Source of the DNA: an uncultured Methanosarcinales archaeon
Lineage (GTDB): Archaea; Nanobdellota; Nanobdellia; Woesearchaeales; JAGVZT01
Length of the DNA: 64,000 bases
Assembly (NCBI GenBank): GCA_964354685.1
Contig: CAYHAM010000001.1
Coordinates: 2,284-66,283, forward strand
Reading direction: 5' to 3'
Position 1 is the first letter of the stretch; each line of letters begins with the position of its first letter. The notes beneath the pieces are model-generated. The model was not told the origin of the DNA. It saw nothing but the letters and a program-made list of their open reading frames with translations, and ran no database searches. Positions 54,509-64,000 of this stretch are shown piece by piece. A program made the position numbers and the translations under genes.

Positions 54509-57500
54509 TTGAAGCATCTGATGCTATAAAGGGTTATTTTGAAAAAATAAACAACCAACTAGATCAAGCCTATATAGTTGCAAATGCGGCAAGGAAAAAG
54601 GGTTATGATCCTGAACAAAAGGTTGATATCCCCTTAGCAAGAAATATGGCTGAGCGTGTTGAGGGGCTAATGTCAATCGTGGCACCACAGCTTGTTGGTA
54701 CAAAACTTATTCCAAGAATACATCAATTGGAGAAGGAGTATGGAATACTAGATTGGAGAGTTGCACTTGTAATAGCAGAGGAGGTTGCAAATCAGAAATT
54801 TTGCAAATTCACTGACAAGAGGGAAGCAATAGAGGTTGGAATCAGAACAGGATTCGCATACCACACCTTAGGGATTGTTGCAGCACCTCTTGAGGGTTTT
54901 ATAGGGTTGGCGATAAAAAGAACAAGAGAGGGCAAGGAGTATTTCTCAGCAAGGTATGCAGGCCCTATTAGAGGTGCAGGCGGAACAGCAGAAGCATTTT
55001 CAGTTATCCTTTGTGATTACCTTAGACAAAAGAATGGTTATGCAAAGTATGATCCAGATTCAAATGAGGTGGAGAGGTATGTAACAGAGATCAGGGATTA
55101 CCATGAGCGTGCTACAAATCTGCAATATTATCCCTCTGCAGAAGAGATAAGGTTTTTGATAAAGAATATTCCTATTGAGATCAATGGCGACCCAACAGAA
55201 ACAATAGAAGTTTCAAACTACAAAGATCTACCAAGGGTAGAAACAAATACAGTGCGTGGAGGGGTTTGCTTGGTTATTGCAGAGGGACTTGCTCAAAAGG
55301 CGCCAAAGCTTCTTGCAAGATTGTCTGTGTGGGGGAAGGAGTTTGGTCTTGAATGGGGCTTCTTAGAAGAATTCATAAGATTACAAAAAAGGATAAAGGC
55401 AAAGGAAACAAAAAAAGATGGAGAACAAAAAAAAATAACCCCTAACTTTACATACATATCAGATTTGGTTGCAGGGAGACCTGTTTTAACACACCCCCTA
55501 AGGAATGGGGGTTTTAGGTTGAGGTATGGTCGCAACAGAGTCAGCGGGTATTCTGCAGCATCTATCCACCCAGCAACGCAATATCTTTTGAATAAGTATA
55601 TAGCCATAGGCACTCAACTAAAGGTTGAAAGACCGGGCAAAGCAGCAGCAGTTACAGCTTGCGACTCAATTGACGGACCAATTGTTAAACTAGATGATGG
55701 AAGCGTAATGCAGGTAAATTCAGTTAAGGAAGCGAGAGCAATATCAAAAAGGGTTGAGGAGATATTATACTTGGGAGATATACTCTTTTGTTTTGGTGAT
55801 TTTAGCGAGAACAACCATCTTTTGGTTCCTGCGGGTTATTGCGATGAATGGTGGGTAAAGGAGTTTGAGAAACAGATTGTTAACCTTTTTGGTACACTTG
55901 ATTTGAACAAGGTTGCAGAACTTGCTGAGTTATCTGAACAAGAGGTTGGCCTCCTACTCGAATCCCCTAATAAAAAGAGTACATCAAAGCAATGTATAAA
56001 CGTTGCTAAAAAACTAGACGTCCCCCTACACCCAAAGTATACATATTTTTGGAACACAATAAACCCAGAGGATTTGTTACTGCTGCTTAATTGGTTTGAT
56101 GAATTAAAAATTATTAAGGAAAAACAAGAGATAGATCGTTTTGTTTTGCCATATAAGGAAAAACCAAAAAGAGTGCTTGAGTTATTGGGAATACCCCACC
56201 TTGTTGCGACCAAAGAGTTTGTTGTTATTGAAAAAGAACACGCACAGACTTTAGTTAGCAGTCTAAATCTTGATGAACATACATTGGATGAAGTTAAGGA
56301 AATCGTTACAAAAACAAAAGATAAACCAACACTAGAAATAATCAATCAACTCTCTTCTGTTGAAGTGAGAGACAAGGCAGGAACCTTTATTGGCGCAAGA
56401 ATGGGCAGACCAGAAAAATCTAAAATGAGAAAGCTCACAGGTTCACCCCAAGTCCTGTTTCCTGTTGGAGAAGAGGGAGGTCGCCTTAGGTCCATACAAT
56501 CTGCTTTAGAAAAGGGGACAATTAGCGCAGATTTTCCAACCTTTCTGTGCGAGAATTGCGGCATTGAAACAATATTTAGCGTGTGCGAGAATTGCGGCAA
56601 AAAAACAACTCGAGCCCACATTTGTAGAGTTTGTGGATTAATAAAATCCGAAGAATGCCCCCAACATGGTAAAGCAAAAAGTTTCTCAAATCGTTCTATT
56701 GATATCTCTTATTATTTCAAGAAAAGTTTAGAAACCCTTGGTTTTAGCACTTACCCAGATTTGATAAAAGGAGTTAGAGGAACCTCAAACAAAGACCACA
56801 CACCAGAGCATTTGATAAAAGGGATTCTCAGAGCCAAACACAACATATACGTAAACAAAGACGGCACCACAAGATATGATATGTCAGAGCTTCCAATAAC
56901 ACATTTTAAACCAAAAGAGATTGGGACAAGTGTAGAAAAATTAAACGAAATGGGTTATGAAAAAGATATATATGGCAAAAATTTAAAAGAAGAAGACCAG
57001 CTTCTTGAGATCAAACCCCAAGACATTATTCTTCCCGGAGGCAGAAGCAATCCAGATGAATCAGCATATGATATTCTGTTTAGAGTTGCTAATTTTGTTG
57101 ATGAGGAATTGAAAACACTGTATGGTTTAAAACCATTTTACAACTTAAAAAAAGAGAGAGATATTGTTGGCTCCCTTGTTATAGGCTTAGCACCACACAT
57201 CTCAGCAGGCACTGTTGGTAGAATCATTGGTTTTTCTCTGACCCAAGGATGTTATGCCCACCCATTATGGCATGCTTCCTTAAGAAGAGATTGTGATGGT
57301 GATGAATGTTGTGTTATATTGCTTATGGACGCACTGCTAAATTTTTCAAGACAGTACCTCCCTGACAAAAGAGGGGGCAGAACAATGGATGCCCCACTTG
57401 TGTTGACAACAACAGTTATACCAACAGAGGTTGATGATATGGTACATGGGATGGATATTATGTGGAATTATCCCCTTGATTTTTATGAAGCAGCAGCATC

Positions 57501-58044
57501 TTACAAATACCCTAAAGAGGTCAAGATAGAGCAGCTTGGTTCAAGGCTTGGTACTAAAACACAGTATGAAGGTATGGGTTTTACACATAACACAACAAAC
57601 ATTAACCAAGGAGTGAGATGTTCAGCTTATAAAACCCTTCCAACCATGGAAGAGAAGCTTAAAGGCCAGATGGAACTAGCCCAAAAGATAAGGGCTGTTG
57701 ATGAGAAAGATGTTGCAACATTGGTTATTGAGAAACACTTCTTAAAAGATATAAAAGGTAACCTAAGAAAGTTCTCTATGCAACAATTTCGGTGTGTCAA
57801 ATGTAATGGGAAATATAGAAGACCTCCTTTGATAGGAAAATGCACCAAGTGTGGGGGTAAGATAATATTCACAATCTCAGAAGGCTCTGTTGTAAAATAT
57901 TTAGAGCCAAGCATAAGCCTAGCAAACAAATTTGATGTTCCACCATACCTAAAACAAACACTAGAATTAACCAAAAGAAGGATAGAAGATGTTTTTGGTA
58001 AAGAAAAAGAGAAACAAGAAGGTCTGGGCAGGTGGTTTGGTTAG
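54505..58044 (+). CDS. polC: DNA polymerase D large subunit DP2
   Basis: GGFRLRYGR, RMGRPEK, RRDCDGDE catalytic motif, Zn fingers, C-terminal PIP-like QEGLGRWF; no intein. Confidence 0.97.
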   Translation: MIEASDAIKGYFEKINNQLDQAYIVANAARKKGYDPEQKVDIPLARNMAERVEGLMSIVAPQLVGTKLIPRIHQLEKEYGILDWRVALVIAEEVANQKFCKFTDKREAIEVGIRTGFAYHTLGIVAAPLEGFIGLAIKRTREGKEYFSARYAGPIRGAGGTAEAFSVILCDYLRQKNGYAKYDPDSNEVERYVTEIRDYHERATNLQYYPSAEEIRFLIKNIPIEINGDPTETIEVSNYKDLPRVETNTVRGGVCLVIAEGLAQKAPKLLARLSVWGKEFGLEWGFLEEFIRLQKRIKAKETKKDGEQKKITPNFTYISDLVAGRPVLTHPLRNGGFRLRYGRNRVSGYSAASIHPATQYLLNKYIAIGTQLKVERPGKAAAVTACDSIDGPIVKLDDGSVMQVNSVKEARAISKRVEEILYLGDILFCFGDFSENNHLLVPAGYCDEWWVKEFEKQIVNLFGTLDLNKVAELAELSEQEVGLLLESPNKKSTSKQCINVAKKLDVPLHPKYTYFWNTINPEDLLLLLNWFDELKIIKEKQEIDRFVLPYKEKPKRVLELLGIPHLVATKEFVVIEKEHAQTLVSSLNLDEHTLDEVKEIVTKTKDKPTLEIINQLSSVEVRDKAGTFIGARMGRPEKSKMRKLTGSPQVLFPVGEEGGRLRSIQSALEKGTISADFPTFLCENCGIETIFSVCENCGKKTTRAHICRVCGLIKSEECPQHGKAKSFSNRSIDISYYFKKSLETLGFSTYPDLIKGVRGTSNKDHTPEHLIKGILRAKHNIYVNKDGTTRYDMSELPITHFKPKEIGTSVEKLNEMGYEKDIYGKNLKEEDQLLEIKPQDIILPGGRSNPDESAYDILFRVANFVDEELKTLYGLKPFYNLKKERDIVGSLVIGLAPHISAGTVGRIIGFSLTQGCYAHPLWHASLRRDCDGDECCVILLMDALLNFSRQYLPDKRGGRTMDAPLVLTTTVIPTEVDDMVHGMDIMWNYPLDFYEAAASYKYPKEVKIEQLGSRLGTKTQYEGMGFTHNTTNINQGVRCSAYKTLPTMEEKLKGQMELAQKIRAVDEKDVATLVIEKHFLKDIKGNLRKFSMQQFRCVKCNGKYRRPPLIGKCTKCGGKIIFTISEGSVVKYLEPSISLANKFDVPPYLKQTLELTKRRIEDVFGKEKEKQEGLGRWFG

Positions 58045-58070
58045 ATTTGTGCAATTATAAGATGCCTTTT

Positions 58071-58364
58071 TTAAAATCTCGCCATATAAGCATAAGGTAT
58101 CCCTTTGATTTTGCCAATCTTGTTTTTATCAACAATACCATCTCTCAAACAACAATCAACAGAGTCTTTACCAACAGCATTGATGATATGGGCCTTTCCT
58201 ATTAATTCTATAACTGCCGCTTTTTCCATTTTCTTACCATTGTAAAAGCTAGATGCTAAATCTAGTTGTTTTTCTCCTTCTTCATACTTGTTTCCAATAA
58301 GTTCATTATCACATATTGCTAGAATTAGTTTATTATCACTCGAGATATGGGTCTTAACAATCAT
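58071..58364 (-). CDS. DUF424-family protein
   Basis: LAICDNELIG..YEEG..QL..SSFYNG; INAVG. Confidence 0.8.
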   Translation of the reverse strand: MIVKTHISSDNKLILAICDNELIGNKYEEGEKQLDLASSFYNGKKMEKAAVIELIGKAHIINAVGKDSVDCCLRDGIVDKNKIGKIKGIPYAYMARF

Positions 58365-58365
58365 T

Positions 58366-58773
58366 TTACAACTTTGTCTTAACAGGATGCCTAGCACCAC
58401 AAGCTAAGCATCTAATAAACAACACCCTCTCTTCTTTTACAAGCTTTGTGTCAGGCCTCTTGCATTCTTTGCATATTACAAACTCTTTTGCATACTGTTG
58501 TATTTTCTCATTAATCATAGAAGCAGAAACTTTCCTACCAAAAATAACCCCTTTCTTCTTTATTTCACCAGGCGTGGCAAGCTCTTTAAGAACATATTTC
58601 AAAAGATGTTCAGGTTCTCTTCTTAGAGCAGCAGCAATCTGGTTGAAGTTGCTTATTATTGTTCTATTACCTTGTATATGCCCCCTAACCAAAGGTATCT
58701 CAAATCTGCTTGTTTCTTTTGCAGAATTAGGCAATTCTTTTTTTGCTCTCTTTAATAACTCTTCATAATCCAT
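58366..58773 (-). CDS. eif2b: Translation initiation factor 2 beta subunit
   Basis: YEELLKRA, RFEIP, GNRTIISNF, CKECKRPDT, CLACGA. Confidence 0.95.
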   Translation of the reverse strand: MDYEELLKRAKKELPNSAKETSRFEIPLVRGHIQGNRTIISNFNQIAAALRREPEHLLKYVLKELATPGEIKKKGVIFGRKVSASMINEKIQQYAKEFVICKECKRPDTKLVKEERVLFIRCLACGARHPVKTKL

Positions 58774-58882
58774 ATTAACCAACGATAAAGGGAACTAAAA
58801 GGAGTATTTAAAAGTTGTGTGTCATGGCATATAGGCACATAAACCAAAAATTTTATAAACCTCTTGCCTGAAGTAAAGAGCC

Positions 58883-59734
58883 ATGGTGTTAGAATCATTA
58901 ACAAACCCTTTGCAAGCAGAAAGAAACCCATTCAACATGATATTCCTTGGGTTCCTTTACGCGTCTGTTGCACTTTTTGTCAGTCTGTGGATATTTCGAG
59001 ACCAAGCAAGCCTTGTGATGGTTTTTTTAACAGTTATGGCTTGCATTCCTTTGTTTTATAACACACTCAAATTGGAGGAGAAAAAAGATATTACTATAGA
59101 AAAAGAGAGCGTCCTGTTAAAAGAACATGGTAAGGCTTTAGAATTTCTTATGTTCTTGTTTGTGGGTTTTACACTTGCTTTCGCAATTTGGTATGTTTTT
59201 CTACCCTCAGACCTTCTTCAGAATGCATTCTCCACCCAGACTCAAACAATATTGCAAATAAACTCAGGTGTTACTGGAAATGCTATGATAAAGTTCGGTG
59301 TTTTTAGTAAGATATTATTCAATAATATTAAGGTTTTGATATTCTGTTTGTTGTTCGCATTTCTTTATGGTGTCGGAGCCATATTTATTCTAACATGGAA
59401 TGCCTCGGTCATAGGGGTTGCTATAGGAAACTTTGTTAGGACAAACATAAGCACTCTTGCAGAAACGCACAATCTGTTTATAGTTGGTAATTATCTCCAT
59501 ATCTTTTCTCTTGGTTTGTTGAGATACGCAATACATGGCATACCAGAAATACTTTCTTATTTTGTAGGTGGTTTGGCAGGAGGAATAATTTCAATCGCTG
59601 TTATAAGGCATGACTTTGGAACAAAGAAGTTTGAGCACATAGTGCTTGACTCATCAGAATTAATAATCTTGTCATTGGTACTTTTGTTTGTTGGTGCACT
59701 TCTAGAAGTGTATGTAACACCTTTATTATTCTAA
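58883..59734 (+). CDS. SpoIIM/DUF95-family membrane protein
   Basis: ILFNNIKV, LTWNASVIG, HGIPEI, GALLEVYVTP. Confidence 0.85.
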   Translation: MVLESLTNPLQAERNPFNMIFLGFLYASVALFVSLWIFRDQASLVMVFLTVMACIPLFYNTLKLEEKKDITIEKESVLLKEHGKALEFLMFLFVGFTLAFAIWYVFLPSDLLQNAFSTQTQTILQINSGVTGNAMIKFGVFSKILFNNIKVLIFCLLFAFLYGVGAIFILTWNASVIGVAIGNFVRTNISTLAETHNLFIVGNYLHIFSLGLLRYAIHGIPEILSYFVGGLAGGIISIAVIRHDFGTKKFEHIVLDSSELIILSLVLLFVGALLEVYVTPLLF

Positions 59735-60385
59735 TACTTTTAATTTACCTTTTTTGATCTCAAATATCTCCCCTTCTTCTAAAAGGGAGTTTATCACCTC
59801 TTCACAATCCTTTACTTTTGCCTCTTCTATTATATTTTCAATTTCAGCACCGTCTCCCTTGTCAAGAGCTTTGATAAGTTGATAAACCTCTTGTTTTGGA
59901 TTTTTGTTCTCTTCTTTAACATAAGTAGTTGGCTTCTCTTTTACAGCATCTGCTTCAGAAGTAGAGGCTACTTTTCCATACCTCAATCCAAAAGTTTCTA
60001 ACTCTTTTTGTCTAACATTAACCCATTTTGTGTTTTCTATTTTTTTGATTATTTCTGGTAATATATACTTCAACTCTCCAAATTCTCTTGGCTTACCAAT
60101 TACCATAATCAAATCCCCTATCTCAAAACCCCCCATTATTTTTGCATCCTCAAATGTTCTTAGGGAGATGCTTCCTGTTCCATCATCTATTAGCATTGTC
60201 TTCTGATTTTGAGCATTCTCTTGTATAGAAACAATGGCGGCCATAATGTTGGCTCTGGAGATGTGCCTGCCTTCTTTGGTTAAAACATAGTTGGGTTGCC
60301 AACCATCTTGTTTGACATATTCCCCCTCAACAAGATCCTTTACACTTACCTTGTGTGCAATCTGTCTTTTTTGTATATCGGCCAT
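59726..60385 (-). CDS. RPA32-like OB-fold plus winged-helix protein
   Basis: IDDGTGSI OB motif, C-terminal LLEEGEIFE wH; directly downstream of mcm. Confidence 0.75.
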   Translation of the reverse strand: MADIQKRQIAHKVSVKDLVEGEYVKQDGWQPNYVLTKEGRHISRANIMAAIVSIQENAQNQKTMLIDDGTGSISLRTFEDAKIMGGFEIGDLIMVIGKPREFGELKYILPEIIKKIENTKWVNVRQKELETFGLRYGKVASTSEADAVKEKPTTYVKEENKNPKQEVYQLIKALDKGDGAEIENIIEEAKVKDCEEVINSLLEEGEIFEIKKGKLKVLE

Positions 60386-60394
60386 TTTATAGTA

Positions 60395-62422
60395 TTATAT
60401 CTTTTGTATAAAACCTCTTCTAGGTTCAAATAGATCACCAGAGCGTTTAAGCTTCTCTAACACCTCTTCAACCTCTGTTTCATCAATCCCTTTTTCAGAG
60501 GCATCTCTCAAAATATCATCAAGAGGTATTGTTTTGCCAATCCTGTTCTCAAGATCAGTTATTATCTCCTTAATCTGCACAATTTTGCTTCTTTCTGTTG
60601 CGGTTACACCTGTTGTTATTCTATCAATATCTATTCTCCCGCCCTCCTTATCTACACCCACTTGTGTTAGGCAGTAGTGTAAGAGATTTATTGCTCGTTT
60701 TGCATCTTTTCTAGTAACAGTTTTGGATAATCTAACCTTTGCAGAAGCCTCTGCCAATCTAACCAAGGCCTCAAGTTGTCTAGGGCTTATAGGGATGGCC
60801 CTTACAATATCCTCTTCAGATGAGCCTTGGTTTCTCAGGTCAACATAATACTTTTTAATCTCTTCTAATGCAACATCACTTAGAACAGGAAAAATATTCT
60901 GTTTAGCATAAGAGATGTATTTCTTTAACATCTTTGTTTCAATTTCCGGTTCAATCGCTTCTAAGTTTTGGTGTAGGTTTAGTATGAACCTTGCCATCTT
61001 TTCATCAGTTTCCAAATTAGGCAGGTCTTTCATGGGAAAGATTAGATCAAACCTGTTGATTAGCGTGGGAGGCATATCTATTTGTTTTGCCAGGATATCA
61101 TAAGGATCAAACCTTCCAAATTTTGGATTGGCTGCTGCTAATACAGTTGTTTGCGCAAGCAATGTTGCTTGAATGTTTGCTTTTGAGATAGTTATTGTTT
61201 GTTGCTCTAAAGCTTCGTGCATTGCAGACCTGTCATCTGGTCCCATCTTATCTAACTCATCAATACAACATATCCCTCTATTGGCTAGGACAAGTGCACC
61301 GGCTTCTAATGCATAACCCCTTAGAAACTCATCCCTTACAACAGATGCTGTTAATCCAACACCTGTTGCACCCTTTCCACTTACATACCTTCCTTTTGGT
61401 GCAACAATTCTTACCCTTTTTAGGAGCTGTGATTTGCCTGAGCCAGGGTCTCCAATTAACAATATGTGCATGTCTCCTCTTGTTACAACACCATCACTTC
61501 TCTCTTTTTGCACACCACTGAATAGCTGTAGAAGCAAGGCTTCTTTCACAGTTTCATACCCATAAATAGAAGGAGCAATGGATTCTATCATCCTCTCATA
61601 AATTTTTGGGTCTTTTGACAGATCTAAAATCTCTTTCTTTTCCTCTTCTGTTATTGTTATTTGAGTATAATCCTCTTCAAGCGCCTCAACAAAATTAGAT
61701 TCAACAACAAGATCATATCTTGTTGATGTGCCGCCTGTTCTCAAGGGAATTGGAACCTCTTTTATTGCACCAACAATCCTGATTCTTGATCCAGGGTTTG
61801 TTCTTTTCTCGGTTATTGGGCTGACAAGGTCTTCTTTTAGGAAAACACTTACTCGCTTTGGTTGTTCGCCACCCTCGAGATTCTCTGGCGATTCCTCTAA
61901 CACAATACGCTGGGCATCAACAAGCTCTTTGCTTATGATCCTGAATTTACCCTTCCTACCACAACCACATCTTGTTGGTTCTCTAAACTGTGTGCTAATC
62001 TGTAAAACAGAGATTATATTCCCACAACTAGGACACTCAAACCTTGTTGATACAACTTGTGGCCTAACATCAGATTTTTGCCTTACAATACCCTCAATAA
62101 CAACAAGCTTGTTAAGGTGTTTGCTCCTTATATCCCTAATCCTAATCTCTTGGTTTTTTGGGATGTTCCTAAATCTTACCCTAAATTGCTCAGATATCTC
62201 CTCAGGCAAGTCAAATTGCTCTATTGCAAGTTCAGCAGCTTTTATCACCTCTTCTGGTTGTTCAAGCAACTCTTCTGAAAGCCTTGGGTCAAATCTAAGC
62301 AAATCAGAAAAATCTACAACAACAAATCTCTTGCCAGATTGGGCATTTTTTAAAATTTGAGGTTTGTAGCTAGCTTCAAAGAATTCCTCGAGCTTCTTTA
62401 TCTGCTCAGCAGCATCCATCAT
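60395..62422 (-). CDS. mcm: Replicative helicase MCM
   Basis: GDPGSGKSQ, IDELDKM, MHEALEQQ, AAANP, RFDLIF, RQLE; no intein. Confidence 0.97.
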   Translation of the reverse strand: MMDAAEQIKKLEEFFEASYKPQILKNAQSGKRFVVVDFSDLLRFDPRLSEELLEQPEEVIKAAELAIEQFDLPEEISEQFRVRFRNIPKNQEIRIRDIRSKHLNKLVVIEGIVRQKSDVRPQVVSTRFECPSCGNIISVLQISTQFREPTRCGCGRKGKFRIISKELVDAQRIVLEESPENLEGGEQPKRVSVFLKEDLVSPITEKRTNPGSRIRIVGAIKEVPIPLRTGGTSTRYDLVVESNFVEALEEDYTQITITEEEKKEILDLSKDPKIYERMIESIAPSIYGYETVKEALLLQLFSGVQKERSDGVVTRGDMHILLIGDPGSGKSQLLKRVRIVAPKGRYVSGKGATGVGLTASVVRDEFLRGYALEAGALVLANRGICCIDELDKMGPDDRSAMHEALEQQTITISKANIQATLLAQTTVLAAANPKFGRFDPYDILAKQIDMPPTLINRFDLIFPMKDLPNLETDEKMARFILNLHQNLEAIEPEIETKMLKKYISYAKQNIFPVLSDVALEEIKKYYVDLRNQGSSEEDIVRAIPISPRQLEALVRLAEASAKVRLSKTVTRKDAKRAINLLHYCLTQVGVDKEGGRIDIDRITTGVTATERSKIVQIKEIITDLENRIGKTIPLDDILRDASEKGIDETEVEEVLEKLKRSGDLFEPRRGFIQKI

Positions 62423-62433
62423 GCCCCCTCTTT

Positions 62434-62979
62434 TTATGAGACCTTTTTCAGGTTTTTAATAAGCATGTCTAGTGCAGCATGCACTTCCTCTTCGCTCTTA
62501 GTCCCTGTACATACAACCTTACCATTGCTGAACAATAAGAAAGTGGCTTTTGCATCAATCAATTTGTAAACCAGCCCCGGGAACTGCTCTGGCTCGTACT
62601 CTGTGTTCTTTAGCTTCATTGCTAGGGTGTTTAAGTTGAGGTCCATACCAACAGTTCCAGAAGCAACAATATTCTGGATCTTTATCTTCGGTTTCACTGT
62701 CACTTTAACATCTATCTTCTCTAGACTCTTTATTATCTTCTTTATTGATTCCTCTACCTTGTCCATTGACTTTGCACCAGTACAAACAACCTTACCAGAG
62801 CTAAAGATGAGTGCAGATGTCTTTGGCTCTTTTATCCTAATAACAAGCCCCGGGAACTGCTCTGGGTTGTACTCTGTATTAGGTAGTGTAGCAGCCATCT
62901 TCTCAAGAGGTATATCCTGCTCAAGAGAGGTGCTAACAACGATATTAACAACTTTTATGTCTTTTTTGCCCATATTCAT
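62434..62979 (-). CDS. tbp: TATA-box-binding protein
   Basis: Two repeats of EY(N/E)PEQFPGLV...F S(S/N)GKVVCTG. Confidence 0.97.
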   Translation of the reverse strand: MNMGKKDIKVVNIVVSTSLEQDIPLEKMAATLPNTEYNPEQFPGLVIRIKEPKTSALIFSSGKVVCTGAKSMDKVEESIKKIIKSLEKIDVKVTVKPKIKIQNIVASGTVGMDLNLNTLAMKLKNTEYEPEQFPGLVYKLIDAKATFLLFSNGKVVCTGTKSEEEVHAALDMLIKNLKKVS

Positions 62980-63332
62980 CCCCCCAATTTTAATCAAGTT
63001 TCAGAAATTATGATTTCTGATCATAAAATTAGATTTATATACCCCTTTATAAATGAAGCTTTATTTATAAATACTCTTATTTTTAAATGATATTTTAAAA
63101 ACATATATTTTTTAAAGGATATGCCTCCTTTGTTTCTCATGAAACTCTTTAATCTTACGCCCCCAAACCCGAAGATTTTGCGGTTTGATATATAATATTA
63201 AAAACCACCTTTATTTCCTATGGAAATTTAGCAGATTTATAGCCCCTAATCATTATTATCAAAATTATATTTTATAAAATATATTTTATTAAACAAAAAG
63301 TTTATATACAACTTAACAATTGTTAATTCTTT

Positions 63333-64000
63333 ATGAAAGTATATCTTGATAATGGTGCAACCACAATGGTTGCTAAGGAGGTTCTTAATGTAATGCAACC
63401 ATATTTCACAAAAAGATATGGTAATGCATCATCTTTGCATAGTTTTGGTCAAGAGGCACAGCACGCCTTAGATAAGGCCAGAGAAACAATTGCTAAGTTG
63501 ATAAATGCAGAACCAGAAGAGGTTATATTCACTTCTGGAGGCACAGAATCAGATAATCTTGCTATAAAAGGAATTGCTTATGCTAACAAAGACAAAGGCA
63601 ACCACATAATAACAACCAATTTTGAGCACCATGCTGTTGAAGAAGCATGTAAATCATTAGAAAAAGAGGGTTTTAATGTAACTTGGTTGGATGTTACAAA
63701 AGAGGGATTTGTAAAACCAGAGGATGTAAAAAAAGCAATAACAAGGCAAACAATCATGGTTAGTGTTATGCATGCCAATAATGAAATAGGAACAATACAA
63801 CCCATTGCAGAGATTGGTAAAATCTGCTCAGAAAAAAGGGTTTATTTTCATACAGACGCTGTTCAGAGTCTTACAAAAACACCCATTGATGTTAAAAAAA
63901 TGCATATTGATCTAGCCTCTTTTTCTAGCCATAAGATCCATGGCCCAAAAGGAGTTGGTGCACTTTACATAAAAAAAGGCACAAAAATAAAGCCCCAAGC
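63333..64000 (+). CDS. iscS: Cysteine desulfurase (IscS/NifS), N-terminal part (runs off window end)
   Basis: Read manually: MKVYLDNGATT...YGNASSLH...FTSGGTESDN...EHHAV...ANNEIGTIQPI...HTDAVQ...SSHKIHGPKGVG. Confidence 0.95.
   Translation, partial: MKVYLDNGATTMVAKEVLNVMQPYFTKRYGNASSLHSFGQEAQHALDKARETIAKLINAEPEEVIFTSGGTESDNLAIKGIAYANKDKGNHIITTNFEHHAVEEACKSLEKEGFNVTWLDVTKEGFVKPEDVKKAITRQTIMVSVMHANNEIGTIQPIAEIGKICSEKRVYFHTDAVQSLTKTPIDVKKMHIDLASFSSHKIHGPKGVGALYIKKGTKIKPQ

Noticed and set aside
43731..62422. Inteins in RFC, PolD DP2, Cdc6 or MCM
   Set aside because: Protein lengths are normal and the catalytic motifs are contiguous
63578..63805. Minus-strand 75-aa ORF
   Set aside because: Antisense shadow of the cysteine desulfurase gene

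Overview
This is a low-GC, gene-dense archaeal chromosome segment. It is most likely from a DPANN (Woesearchaeota-like) organism; that is an inference from PolD, histone, Alba, TFE, eL35/eL34/eL14, a stand-alone 5S rRNA and KKGQ-type pilin-like proteins. Most genes are core information processing: partial gyrA, scpB, pheST, proS, pelota, a short NFACT, RFC-S, RNase Z, Hjc, and an oriC-cdc6-DP1-DP2...RPA-MCM-TBP cluster, ending in a partial cysteine desulfurase. There is also a UDP-sugar (UDP-GlcA/UDP-xylose) operon and several surface proteins. The most notable observations are: (1) all three tRNA genes (Trp-CCA, Arg-TCG, Gly-CCC) carry a BHB-type intron at the same non-canonical T-loop site (59/60), and two also carry a canonical 37/38 intron; (2) a pilin-like/lipoprotein locus encodes a membrane-anchored, Cys-rich lysozyme/lytic-transglycosylase-like protein; (3) a family of short GAAAWTC-nnn-GAWTTTC palindromes, some nested in a large structured element next to the 5S rRNA; (4) an RHH-nucleotidyltransferase fusion regulator, a possible ADP-ribosyltransferase, twin TrmB genes, and small ORFs missed by the ORF track. 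I saw no CRISPR array, transposase or integrase. All calls are by eye; no searches were run.
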